A DNA stretch of 34,523 nt from the NCBI GenBank assembly GCA_048886685.1, contig JBHLKM010000027.1, positions 1-34,523 of the forward strand, read 5' to 3'. Position numbers and translations under genes: made by a program. The notes below the pieces were generated by a model, which saw nothing but the letters and a program-made list of their open reading frames with translations, was not told the origin of the DNA and ran no database searches. Below are positions 16,467 to 26,309 of the stretch, piece after piece (within the stretch, counting starts at the first letter, position 1; the number at the start of each line of letters is the position of its first letter). The stretch is from Candidatus Hodarchaeota archaeon. Lineage in GTDB: Archaea; Asgardarchaeota; Lokiarchaeia; Sigyniarchaeales; SOKP01.

Positions 16467-17147
16467 ATGCCTAAAGAATTGTCTAAGTTATCATTAATAA
16501 TTATGTTAGGATTGGCTACAGCATTGCTTGGGTTAGGTTTATTTTTACCATTTGGAAGCTTTCTATGGCTTGAAGCATGGATTTATCTTGGAATATTTTT
16601 TACATTTTTCAATATTTATATCTTATATTTTAGTAAACATGATCCTGAAATGCTTCAAAAAAGAGCTAAACCACAATTTAAAGAAAAATGGGATAAAATC
16701 GTTATGCTTTTTATGGGATTTGGATTTTTTCCAACCTTTATTATTCCTGGTTTCGAAAAAAAATATGGTTGGTCAAACATTCCCCTTTTGGTTGAAATAA
16801 TTGGATTTATAGGCTTAATATTAGGATTGGTGATTATATTCTTAGTTATGAAAGAAAACACATTTTTATCAAAAGCCGTGGAGATTCAAAAAGATCGAGG
16901 TCATAAAGTAATAACTTCTGGACCTTATAGAATTGTACGACATCCTATGTATTTAGGATTTATTTTATTTATAGTATTTTATTGTTTAGCACTTGGTTCT
17001 CTTTTTTCATTAATTCCAGCCGCTCTTGGTATCGTTGGAATAGTTATCCGCACAATTTTAGAAGACCGAATGCTCCATAAAGAACTTGAAGGATACAAAG
17101 AATATGCTCAAAAAACCAAAAGGAAATTAATTCCATGGATTTGGTAA
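16467..17147 (+). CDS. Isoprenylcysteine carboxyl methyltransferase (ICMT/Ste14/PEMT) family membrane protein
   Basis: Multiple TM helices, HKVITSGPYRIVRHPMYLG, EDRML..EL.GYKEY. Confidence 0.88.
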   Translation: MPKELSKLSLIIMLGLATALLGLGLFLPFGSFLWLEAWIYLGIFFTFFNIYILYFSKHDPEMLQKRAKPQFKEKWDKIVMLFMGFGFFPTFIIPGFEKKYGWSNIPLLVEIIGFIGLILGLVIIFLVMKENTFLSKAVEIQKDRGHKVITSGPYRIVRHPMYLGFILFIVFYCLALGSLFSLIPAALGIVGIVIRTILEDRMLHKELEGYKEYAQKTKRKLIPWIW

Positions 17148-17460
17148 AAAAAATAGATCTTTTAAATTATCTATAAAAAAAAATTTTAAAATATGTGAAA
17201 ATTATCATTATTTTTTAATAAAAAATAAGTCTTATACTATTACATTCGGTTTTTTAATCGTTATATAAAAGTTTTTAAGTAGATTCTAAGTCTAATTAAT
17301 CACATAATCTTTTATTTGTAAATTCTGTAATTACGAAAAACTGAGAATGGTTTATATATTATTAAATGAACCCTAAAATAAAGATTGTGATATTATCAAA
17401 TAAACGAGACATGTTGGTTATTACTCTCAAAATGTAAGATTTAAGAGGTAATCTTTAATT

Positions 17461-20400
17461 ATGACTTCTACTGAAAATATAACTCATGAATTATATGAAA
17501 ATGTACTGAATAATTTAGATGATTCTCTGCATGTAATCAACAATAAATTTGAGTTAATTCTAATAAGTAATGCCATGAAAAAATGGTTGAGGGAAATTGG
17601 CATATATGATAATTTACTAGGATTATCGCTTTTCAAAGCATTTCCTTTTTTGTCACAAAATGTCCGTGATGAGTATAATTATGTCCTAAAGGAAGGTAAA
17701 TCTTTAGTTACAACAGAGACCACCTTTATATTGGATCAAGAGATAATAACAGAAACTCGAAAAATTCCCATTATTAAAGAGGGAAAAGTTGTTCAGATTA
17801 CTACTATTGTACGAGATATTACCGAATATGAGATAAACAAAAGGAAGCTCGAAGAATCTGAGGAAAAATATAGAACTCTTACAGAGCAGTCTTTCTTAGG
17901 TGTTGCAATTTTACAGGATGATATAATTCAATATGTAAATGAGCAACTCGCTCACACCGTTGGGTATACCGTAGAAGAAATCATGGCTTGGGAAAAAGGA
18001 GGTTTTCTGAATTTCATATATCCCGAGGATAGAAAATTTATTGCAGAGCAAGCCAGAAAAAAACAATCAGGTGAATCAGATGTTATTGACCAATATCAAT
18101 TTAGAGGGATAAAGAAAAATGGAGATATAATATGGTTAGAAGTTTTTTCAAAAACCATTAATTATAGAGGAAAACCAGCGGATTTTGTTACAATTCATGA
18201 TATAACTGATGAGAAATTATCTGAACAGAAAATTAAAGAATCCGAGGAAAAATATCGTTCCATATTTAATAATATGACTGAAGGATTCGCATATCATGAA
18301 GTAATCGTAGATGAAAACAATAAACCTGTCGATTATAAATACATTGAAGTTAATCCTGCTTTTGAGAAGCTCACGGGTTTAAAAGCAGATCAAATGATAG
18401 GAAGAAAAGTAACTGAAATATTGCCTGGAACAGAGAATGATCCTGCGGATTGGATAGGTAGATTTGGCAAAGTGGGTCTTACGGGAATCCCTTTAATTGT
18501 AGAAGATTATTCAGAAGCTTTGGATCGTTGGTATAAAGTTTCAGGATATTCTCCTAAAAAAGGATATTTCGCTGTAACATTTTCTGATATTACTGAACAA
18601 AAAAAATCAGAAATTAAAATAGCAGAATCCGAAGAGAAATATCGTAATTTATTCAATAATGCTCCCTTTGCAATTGTTCTTTTCAATATTAAAGGAATCA
18701 TCCTTGATTGTAATGATGCTTCCAATTTAATAACGGGATATTCTAAAGAAGAATTAATTGGCAAAAATTTTAGAGATTTTAATTTCTATGTCGATATAAA
18801 ATCGGCTGGTATCGAAGAAAGGGAAGAAATAATTAAAAACGGAAAAATTCCCAAAACTAGAGAAGTTTTATTGCAGAAAAAAGACGGAAGTCAGTTTTGG
18901 GCTAGAACAAATATCGAGTTTGTCCATATGGGGAAAGATACTTATATTCAAGCAATTATCCAAGATGTTTCGGAACAAAAACAATCTCAAATACAATTGG
19001 AAGAATCAGAATCAAAATTTCGAACCATTTTTGAAGCGATTCCAGATTTATATTTTCTGGTCTCTGGTAATGGAGCAATTTTAGATTATAGAGGAAGGGA
19101 ACAAGATTTATATCTTAGGCCAGAAGAATTTATGGGGAAAAAAGTTATAGACATTCTACCTTCTAATCTCGCCAAAAGTATGATGAAATTAATTAAAAAA
19201 ACATTACAAACACAGGAATCACAAATTTTAGACTATGAATTAGAAATTAATGGTAAAAAACGTTTCTTTGAATCAAGATATTTTTATATGTCTAAGGATA
19301 GGGTTTTTATTTTTATACGAGACATCACTGAACGAAAAAATATTGAAAAACAGATTTCTGATTTATCAAAATTTACTGATGATATACTTAATTCCTCAAT
19401 GGATACTATCTTCGTGTTTAATCCTGAAAATGGCAGAGCAATTAGATGGAACAGCCAATTTAAACTAGTGAGTGGTTATACTGATAAAGAAATTGCTTCA
19501 ATGAAAGCACCCGATTCTTATTATAATGAGGAGGATTTTGAACGTGCTGCAGAAGCAACTAAAAATGTACTAGAGACAGGAACAATTAAGGTTGAAATGT
19601 CATTAATAACTAAAGATGGTAGAAGTATTCCATACGAGTATACAGGAACTACACTTAAGAATTCTTCTGGAGATACACTGATAGTTTCTATAGGGAGAGA
19701 TGTGTCTGAAAGGAAAATTGCAGAGGAAAGAATAAAAGAATCAGAACAGAAATTTCGAGACTTATATGAAGAAGCACCTATTGCTTATTTCTCAATAGGG
19801 CCAGATAAATCAATTTTAAGGGTTAACAACGCAGCAGAAAAACTTCTCGGTTATAATGAAGATGAATTTCTGAAAATGAAAGTTTTTGACTTATATCCTG
19901 ATACTGATTCTGGATTAAAGAGAGCAAAAGAAATATTTGGAAAATTCATAGCTGGTGAATCCATTAGAGATATAGAGGTACAAATGGTTAATAAAGAAGG
20001 AAATCCTATTTGGGTTAGTTTATCAGTTAAACCAATTTTCGATTTAAAGGGAGATGTTATTGAATCACGTTCTATGGTATTAGATATTACTGATCGTAAA
20101 ATTGCTGAAGAAGCATTGAGATTATCAGAAAAAAATTATAAGGAGGCCTATGATAGAGGCAATTTCTACAAAGATCTATTTGCTCATGATATGAATAACA
20201 TACTCCAAGTAATAAATTCTTCAGCAGAGCTTATAACGTATCAGTTAGGAGAATCTGAGAAATCTAAAGAAATTGAAAGTATTTCCGATATAATAAAAAA
20301 ACAAGTGAATCGTGGTTCAAAATTAATTACTAATGTTCGTACACTTTCGGAACTTGAAGAAAAAGAAGTTATAACTCGTAAAGTTGAGATTGGAAGTGTT

Positions 20401-20847
20401 TTAAAAAATTCGATATCTTTTGTTGAAAAGGCATACGAAGAGAGAAATGTTAATATATCAGTATCTCCGATTGATAGAAAATATTTTACTAATGCTAATG
20501 AACTACTTCAAGACGTTTTTGAAAATGTGTTAATTAATGGGGTAAAATACAATGAAAACTCAAATGTGGAAATTTCAGTAAATATTACAAAACAAGAAAT
20601 AGATGAAAAAAACTATTTTAAGATTGAATTTATTGATAATGGTATTGGTGTTGCTGATAAGAGAAAAGGGGTTATTTTTATGAGTGGTAATCGGGAGCTT
20701 AAAGGATCAAAGGGAATGGGACTTGGCTTATCTCTAGTCAATAAAATCCTTCAAATCTTCAATGGAAAAATCTGGATTGAGGATAAAGTTAAAGGAGATT
20801 ATACTCAAGGAAGTAAATTCATTATAATTTTACCTCAGATTCAATAA
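17461..20847 (+). CDS. Soluble multi-PAS sensor histidine kinase (about 7 PAS/PAC domains + HisKA + HATPase)
   Basis: Repeated (R/H/S/Q/L)D(I/V)(T/S) PAS ends with ESEEKYR-type linkers. H-box FAHDMNNILQ, N-box FENVLINGVKY, G1 DNGIGV, G2 GMGLGLSLV. No TM segment. Confidence 0.93.
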   Translation: MTSTENITHELYENVLNNLDDSLHVINNKFELILISNAMKKWLREIGIYDNLLGLSLFKAFPFLSQNVRDEYNYVLKEGKSLVTTETTFILDQEIITETRKIPIIKEGKVVQITTIVRDITEYEINKRKLEESEEKYRTLTEQSFLGVAILQDDIIQYVNEQLAHTVGYTVEEIMAWEKGGFLNFIYPEDRKFIAEQARKKQSGESDVIDQYQFRGIKKNGDIIWLEVFSKTINYRGKPADFVTIHDITDEKLSEQKIKESEEKYRSIFNNMTEGFAYHEVIVDENNKPVDYKYIEVNPAFEKLTGLKADQMIGRKVTEILPGTENDPADWIGRFGKVGLTGIPLIVEDYSEALDRWYKVSGYSPKKGYFAVTFSDITEQKKSEIKIAESEEKYRNLFNNAPFAIVLFNIKGIILDCNDASNLITGYSKEELIGKNFRDFNFYVDIKSAGIEEREEIIKNGKIPKTREVLLQKKDGSQFWARTNIEFVHMGKDTYIQAIIQDVSEQKQSQIQLEESESKFRTIFEAIPDLYFLVSGNGAILDYRGREQDLYLRPEEFMGKKVIDILPSNLAKSMMKLIKKTLQTQESQILDYELEINGKKRFFESRYFYMSKDRVFIFIRDITERKNIEKQISDLSKFTDDILNSSMDTIFVFNPENGRAIRWNSQFKLVSGYTDKEIASMKAPDSYYNEEDFERAAEATKNVLETGTIKVEMSLITKDGRSIPYEYTGTTLKNSSGDTLIVSIGRDVSERKIAEERIKESEQKFRDLYEEAPIAYFSIGPDKSILRVNNAAEKLLGYNEDEFLKMKVFDLYPDTDSGLKRAKEIFGKFIAGESIRDIEVQMVNKEGNPIWVSLSVKPIFDLKGDVIESRSMVLDITDRKIAEEALRLSEKNYKEAYDRGNFYKDLFAHDMNNILQVINSSAELITYQLGESEKSKEIESISDIIKKQVNRGSKLITNVRTLSELEEKEVITRKVEIGSVLKNSISFVEKAYEERNVNISVSPIDRKYFTNANELLQDVFENVLINGVKYNENSNVEISVNITKQEIDEKNYFKIEFIDNGIGVADKRKGVIFMSGNRELKGSKGMGLGLSLVNKILQIFNGKIWIEDKVKGDYTQGSKFIIILPQIQ

Positions 20848-20848
20848 T

Positions 20849-21421
20849 TTATTTGTTTTCTCCCATCCAATCATTCTTCATTAACGCAAATATATGAGTA
20901 TCTACGTATATTCCGTCAACATATAAATCTTCTTTAAGTATCGCTTCTTTTTTAAATCCCATTTTTTCAGCAGCTCGAAGTGAGCGTTTATTTGGAGTAA
21001 AGATACCAGCATATAATTTATGGAGATTTAATTCTGTAAATCCATAGGTAATTAATAATTTAGAGGCCTCAACTGCTAAACTTTTTCCCCAATATTCTTT
21101 TTCCCCGATTGTCCAAAAAGTATATGCATTACGATTTAACCAATTTATACGATTAAATCCAACAATCCCAATAGGTTTTTTATCCCTTTTGTGATATATG
21201 GTAAGCACAATAAAATCTTTCATTCCTTGATCAGTTGATGGTTCAAACCACTTCTTTACTTCTTCTAAAGTAGTAGGCCATGCATTTCGAGAATAATGAC
21301 GTATTTCTGGATCATTTGTCCATTTGCACGAAAGATCAGCCCATTTGGGATTCACAGTGATTAAATCTATTCTTTCTCCTTCAATAAATGGAAAAACACC
21401 ATCCTTTTTTTCTTCAGTCAT
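20849..21421 (-). CDS. GNAT N-acetyltransferase, RimJ/RimL family
   Basis: GERIDL, IGEKEYWGKSLAVEA, YGFTELNLHKL, NKRSLRAAEKMGFKKEAILKE. Confidence 0.9.
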   Translation of the reverse strand: MTEEKKDGVFPFIEGERIDLITVNPKWADLSCKWTNDPEIRHYSRNAWPTTLEEVKKWFEPSTDQGMKDFIVLTIYHKRDKKPIGIVGFNRINWLNRNAYTFWTIGEKEYWGKSLAVEASKLLITYGFTELNLHKLYAGIFTPNKRSLRAAEKMGFKKEAILKEDLYVDGIYVDTHIFALMKNDWMGENK

Positions 21422-21577
21422 TTTTATTCAAAAAGAGTATATTTTCAAATTCAATTAATCTGCTTAATTGTTTAATTGAAGGATAAGATTAAAGTCTTTT
21501 TTTGCAAATTAATGAATTTGGGGGATAGAAAAAATAAAAAAAATTTAGAAATTAAATATAATTAGATTTAATATTTT

Positions 21578-21790
21578 TTAGACTATTTTCATTGCTAAGT
21601 CCATATCCTCTAAAGTTAACTTCTTCCTGCCGGCGTGTCGAGTCATTTCAAGAGCTTTATTTGTCATGCCTTTAGCTAATTTCTCTAAATAATCAATTAG
21701 AGCATCGACAGCATCTCGAGCAACCATTTCCGCACCATTATCCTTCATTAACTTTCGAACTGGACTCCAAGCAAAAACTTTCTTTGCCAT
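21578..21790 (-). CDS. Archaeal histone (HMf-like histone fold)
   Basis: SPVRKLMKDNGAEMVARDAV...ALEMTRHAGRKKLTLEDMDLA, 70 aa, GGAGG SD-like motif upstream. Confidence 0.93.
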   Translation of the reverse strand: MAKKVFAWSPVRKLMKDNGAEMVARDAVDALIDYLEKLAKGMTNKALEMTRHAGRKKLTLEDMDLAMKIV

Positions 21791-21955
21791 TTTTTATTCC
21801 TCCACAATTTAATTTTAAAAATTATATTAGTTATTTTATTTTAACAAAAATCTTCTTTAAGTTATAATACTTATTTCAAATATATAAGAATTACGGTAGA
21901 TTTTCGATAACATATGTTTCGGTTAATAAGATCATCCGATCGACAAAATGGCGAT

Positions 21956-22013
21956 GTCTTGGAAGAAAGCTCACAGATATACTTCTGAGCTATTAGATCC
22001 GAGATTTTTTTTT
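21956..22013. other. Extended imperfect stem-loop followed by a T tract on the + strand
   Basis: GTCTTGGA/TCCGAGAT outer stem (with G-U pairs), internal loop, perfect AGCTCA/TGAGCT inner stem, 12-nt loop. Confidence 0.5.
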
Positions 22014-22092
22014 ATTATTGAAAAGGAGCTCGTTATAGAGGAACCCATTTTAATTTTTAACCAATTTTAGAAAAAAAGAAAATAAAATAAAC

Positions 22093-22665
22093 TTATTTCA
22101 AATCTCTACGCAGTACATAGAAGTCTTCAAATTCCTTATGAATTATAAATCCTTCAGATTTGTACAATGAAATAGGACCACGATAGCTATGTGCATCTGA
22201 TAATTTTCCAGTTCTTGGATATGATTCTATAATATCAAATCCTTTATTTTTATAATATGAAATGGCATGTTTCAATAACTTTCTAGCGATGCCTTGTCTT
22301 CTGTTCGTATGAGCTATTAAAAAACAGACAATTCCAGCTATCTTTTTTGTTTGAGATTCATGCGAGTCGTAATCATAAAGTTTTTTAGCAAATTTTTCTC
22401 TTGAATTGATATTACACCATCCAACAGGTTTGTCATCGATATAAGCTAAAAAACCATGCATTTCCCCCGAGTGTATTAATTTTGTTGAGTTTTTTTTATT
22501 TTCTTCTTTAGTTTGTTCTTGCCATTCCTTAAAACTTCCTGTAAAATGATAGAAATGGCAATAACATCCAGACCATTCAGGATTGTCAGCAAACCCTATC
22601 TCCTCAAAAAAAAATAGCCAATCGTTAATTGTTTCCGATGATAAAGATTTTATCGTAATTTCCAT
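22093..22665 (-). CDS. GNAT N-acetyltransferase
   Basis: WSGCYC, GFLAYIDDKPVGWC, IVCFLIAHTNRRQGIARKLL (acetyl-CoA motif), IESYP, LYKSEGF. Confidence 0.88.
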   Translation of the reverse strand: MEITIKSLSSETINDWLFFFEEIGFADNPEWSGCYCHFYHFTGSFKEWQEQTKEENKKNSTKLIHSGEMHGFLAYIDDKPVGWCNINSREKFAKKLYDYDSHESQTKKIAGIVCFLIAHTNRRQGIARKLLKHAISYYKNKGFDIIESYPRTGKLSDAHSYRGPISLYKSEGFIIHKEFEDFYVLRRDLK

Positions 22666-22801
22666 ACAGAAAACAACCTCAAAATTTATAATTTTTTATA
22701 TCCATAAAAAAATAATTTTGGTTTATTAAAAAAAAATAAATTCCAATACGAATTCTAAGATATAAAATTTTATTTATTTAATTAATTATTAGAAAATAGA
22801 G

Positions 22802-23284
22802 CTACAAACTTTTCTTCCCTTTTTTAAAACTTAAAACTAAAGCTGGAATAATACAGAAGTACATAAGCATGATTAGTATCACTAAAAATCCATTGAATGC
22901 AAATTCTCCTAAACCTCCCTTAAACTCCGACATTGAATAATACCTAAAAATTCCAATTATTAGCCAAATCATAATTGGTATCCCAATTATAAATAATATA
23001 GACGCATAATACTTGGGATTCTTTCCCTTTCTTCTTGTATCTCTAATATTAAAACTCAATTTCTTTTTTATTAAGGTAGAATATATAAAGGGTAAAAAGA
23101 CAAATGTACTTATAATATAGAGAAAGAAGAAAACTCCGTCATCTGCCAGGTCTTCATTCAAATCATAAACTAAATGAGAGAGATCAAAAACAATTAACAT
23201 ATATGGAATTAAAAAACCTACAGAAAAAATATAAAATATAGCACTAATTACTAAAATGCCTTTTTTTTTATCCCACATCATCAT
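22802..23284 (-). CDS. Hypothetical membrane protein (4 predicted TM helices)
   Basis: Four hydrophobic stretches separated by charged loops, with a basic cytoplasmic loop and tail. Confidence 0.75.
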   Translation of the reverse strand: MMMWDKKKGILVISAIFYIFSVGFLIPYMLIVFDLSHLVYDLNEDLADDGVFFFLYIISTFVFLPFIYSTLIKKKLSFNIRDTRRKGKNPKYYASILFIIGIPIMIWLIIGIFRYYSMSEFKGGLGEFAFNGFLVILIMLMYFCIIPALVLSFKKGKKSL

Positions 23285-23518
23285 TATAAAATATATAATA
23301 CTTTATTTTACTTTTTTTTTCACATCTCTGTAAATCAATAAAACAAAGTGATGATTCTGAACTTTTTAATAAAGCGTTTAAAAGGATAAGTGATGTATCC
23401 TCGTTATTATTTTATAGTGAGTATAAGAAAAAGCTGAAAAGAAAAGAAGTCATTAAAAATTATTGGAAATTATCTTATCTATCTTGTCTAATAGTATAAT
23501 AGAATTTTATTAGAGTAG

Positions 23519-24595
23519 TTGAATATAATGATAAAAAATATTGCTTATTGTGGTGGAGATGGAGTTGGTCCGGAAGTCGTTGAGGAAGGGCTTAAAATAC
23601 TGAAGGTTATATCTGAATATTCAGATTTTGAATTAGAACTAAAGGAAGCGCCTGCAGGAGGAAATGTATATAAAAAAACAGGGAGAAGCTTACCAAGGCA
23701 ATCATTTGAGATTATTAAAAATTCTGATGCTCTTTTGTTTGGGGCAGTAGGCTTACCTGATCTTCCTCCTGGAGTAGGTGAAGTCGCAGTATTGCAGATA
23801 CGGCAAGGTTTAGATTTATATGTTAATTTAAGACCAATAAAACTATATGACTCTTTAAGAGATAGATGTCCTCTTAAAGATGAGTTTATTGGGAAGGGAA
23901 TAGATATTGCATTTATACGAGAAAATACAGAAGGTCTTTACTCGAATAAAGGTGCTATATTAACAGATGATACAGCAGAAAATGCAATGGTTTATACTAG
24001 AAAAGGCTGTGAACGTATCATTAATTATGCTTTCGAATATGCAAAAAGATCAAATCATTCAAAAGTTACTTCTGTTGATAAAGCTAATGTTTTAAATCCG
24101 AGTCGATTATGGAGAAAGATTTTCCACGAGATAGGTGATAAGTATCCCGAGCTTAATAAGGAAGATATCTATATAGATGCCTTTTGTCAATGGCTAATTA
24201 GAAAACCAGATGCTTTTCAAACCGTTGTTACAGGTAATATGTTTGGGGATATTATTAGTGATGAAGGCGCATTTCTCATAGGGAGTTTAGGTATGGCATC
24301 AAGTGGAAATATCCATCCTGGGAAGGTATCGATGTATGAACCGATTCATGGTTCTGCTCCAGATATTTCAGGAAAAGGAATAGCAAATCCTATTGGAGCT
24401 ATACTTAGCGTGAAGTTAATGATGCAAGAATCATTTCAATCTCCAGATTTGGCAAATTTAATAGAAGATTCCGTTGAAGAAGCTCTCAAAGAGGGTCGAA
24501 CAGTTGATCTAAAGAATCCTGAAATAAAAAGCCTAACAACAAGAGAAATGGGAGATTTAATATCTGAAAAGCTAAAATTGAGCTTAAAGAAGTAA
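23519..24595 (+). CDS. leuB: 3-isopropylmalate dehydrogenase / beta-decarboxylating dehydrogenase family
   Basis: GDGVGPEV, LFGAVG, LYVNLRP, RENTEGLY, VDKANVL, NMFGDIISD, YEPIHGSAPDISGKGIANP. Exact substrate not certain. Confidence 0.8.
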   Translation: MNIMIKNIAYCGGDGVGPEVVEEGLKILKVISEYSDFELELKEAPAGGNVYKKTGRSLPRQSFEIIKNSDALLFGAVGLPDLPPGVGEVAVLQIRQGLDLYVNLRPIKLYDSLRDRCPLKDEFIGKGIDIAFIRENTEGLYSNKGAILTDDTAENAMVYTRKGCERIINYAFEYAKRSNHSKVTSVDKANVLNPSRLWRKIFHEIGDKYPELNKEDIYIDAFCQWLIRKPDAFQTVVTGNMFGDIISDEGAFLIGSLGMASSGNIHPGKVSMYEPIHGSAPDISGKGIANPIGAILSVKLMMQESFQSPDLANLIEDSVEEALKEGRTVDLKNPEIKSLTTREMGDLISEKLKLSLKK

Positions 24596-24606
24596 AAATC
24601 GAATTT

Positions 24607-26175
24607 TTAATACTTATCATCAATATTTGAAAGCATCGATTTCAGTTGATCAAATATATCAATGCGAAAGTCAGTTCCAATTCTGAAAAAGAATAATGAG
24701 ATTGCTTTTTCATCGAGTTGCTCATCAACATTTAATTCTTCAATAAATTGAGACCAACTACTGCTTGCTGATGCTCTAATTCCAATTAATACAACACCAT
24801 TATCTTTTATATTTCCAATAATTTTTATAATTATATCTTTCCATTTGAGATCTACATGCTCCTTCTCTCTGGCATCAAAAATACAAAAAACACCATCAGA
24901 ACTTGAAACATCATCAATAGCGGTATAAAGGTGTTGCTTTATTATCAATCCATTCGAATATTGGAAAACTTGTTCGTCATCATAATCTCTTAAAGATGAA
25001 CTTTCTCCTAATTTTTTTATTTTAGTAAGAGCTTGTAAACCAGGACTCCACATCATGCTTTCTGTAATAAATGAAATCGTCAAAACAATTTTTTTCTTTA
25101 AGATTGATACAATCTTATCGTATAATATGTCACTCCGTCTATTATCCTCAATTTCTTTACTTTTCATTACATAATGATAAGAGATCAAATTAAAAGCATC
25201 CTCAATATTTTCTCCAGTCAATGCACTCGTTTCAATATAAGAAAGCTTTATTTTTTCCCTCTCAGATAATTCATTTGCCCGTTTTACACCCTCTTGATAA
25301 AATATTTGACGACCTACTTTTAAATCAGACTTATTTCCTACCAAAACAATTGGAATTTCCTCGTCTGTAGTAAAGTCTTTTAATTCTTGATACCAATTTT
25401 TAATATTGTCGAATGATTCGCGGTTTGTTAAATCAAAAACTATAAAAGCTGCTTGAGCTCCTGAATAATAAACCTTTCGAAAACGACGGAAATACTTTTG
25501 AGCACCTAGGTCGTACAGAGTTACACCAATTTCATTACCAAAAAACTCAAAAGTATGTGTTAAGACATTAAGACCTATCGTTGCGCGATAATCCTCTGAA
25601 AACTTGTTCTCGACAAATCTCCGAATAATAGAGGTTTTCCCGACTTCATGATTGCCCAGAATCACAAACTTAAAACGATATTCTCCTCGTGTTGCTAGTT
25701 CCATTTGATATAGTTGATTTTTTAACCTTAATACATTCTCTGCTTCATACTCAAAATTAGGAACAGAAATTTGAATTAAATCACCTTCATCAGCAGTTAA
25801 AATTTGAGCTGTTTTTTCGGCAAGGAATAAACCATATGGTGACAATTTCTCAATAGATGCCATATTATCAAGTACTAAACTTAATATTCGTTCCTCATCA
25901 ACAGAGATAAATAAGAGGCGGTGTTCCTCGGTATCAAAACTCGCATTTCCAAATTTCTTAAACGCAAATTCATTACGCATACGTTGTAATACAGGATTTA
26001 TAATTATGCTTAAAACAGATACTAATTCAATATCTATATCTTTCCTTTTTTCACCAGCAATAATTAAACCTTCACTATCGGAAACAATTAGTGCTTCTAC
26101 TTCCTCATTTATCTCTAAAAATTTGTTGAATAAATCGGTAAATAACTTATTTTTGCGTAATACCAAGGATACCAT
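24607..26175 (-). CDS. Roadblock/LAMTOR-like domain + Rab-like small GTPase + degenerate G-domain-like C-terminus (paralogue 1)
   Basis: VEALIVSDSEGLIIAG (roadblock), G1 GNHEVGKT, G2 YRATIG, G3 YDLGAQ, YYSGA, G4 GNKSD, G5 ETSAL. Confidence 0.88.
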   Translation of the reverse strand: MVSLVLRKNKLFTDLFNKFLEINEEVEALIVSDSEGLIIAGEKRKDIDIELVSVLSIIINPVLQRMRNEFAFKKFGNASFDTEEHRLLFISVDEERILSLVLDNMASIEKLSPYGLFLAEKTAQILTADEGDLIQISVPNFEYEAENVLRLKNQLYQMELATRGEYRFKFVILGNHEVGKTSIIRRFVENKFSEDYRATIGLNVLTHTFEFFGNEIGVTLYDLGAQKYFRRFRKVYYSGAQAAFIVFDLTNRESFDNIKNWYQELKDFTTDEEIPIVLVGNKSDLKVGRQIFYQEGVKRANELSEREKIKLSYIETSALTGENIEDAFNLISYHYVMKSKEIEDNRRSDILYDKIVSILKKKIVLTISFITESMMWSPGLQALTKIKKLGESSSLRDYDDEQVFQYSNGLIIKQHLYTAIDDVSSSDGVFCIFDAREKEHVDLKWKDIIIKIIGNIKDNGVVLIGIRASASSSWSQFIEELNVDEQLDEKAISLFFFRIGTDFRIDIFDQLKSMLSNIDDKY

Positions 26176-26309
26176 ACCCGATTCGTTTTTATCTATATAG
26201 TAAAATTACTATTTATTATTTTTTATTATTAGCAATTATGTATTTGTGAGATTAAGATGAAAGTATGATTTTTTCAATATTATGAAAAGACGCAATTTTG
26301 TAAAATCTT

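Noticed and set aside
16467-17147. ICMT homologue as modifier of the Rab-like GTPases
   Set aside because: The GTPases here have no C-terminal Cys motif, and this ICMT-like family is widespread in prokaryotes.
23299-23499. Open frame on + (..SDDSELFNKAFKRISDV..) and box C/D-like words (GTGATGA 23348, CTGA 23357 and 23434)
   Set aside because: No start codon or recognisable homology, and the box spacing does not fit a typical archaeal C/D sRNA.
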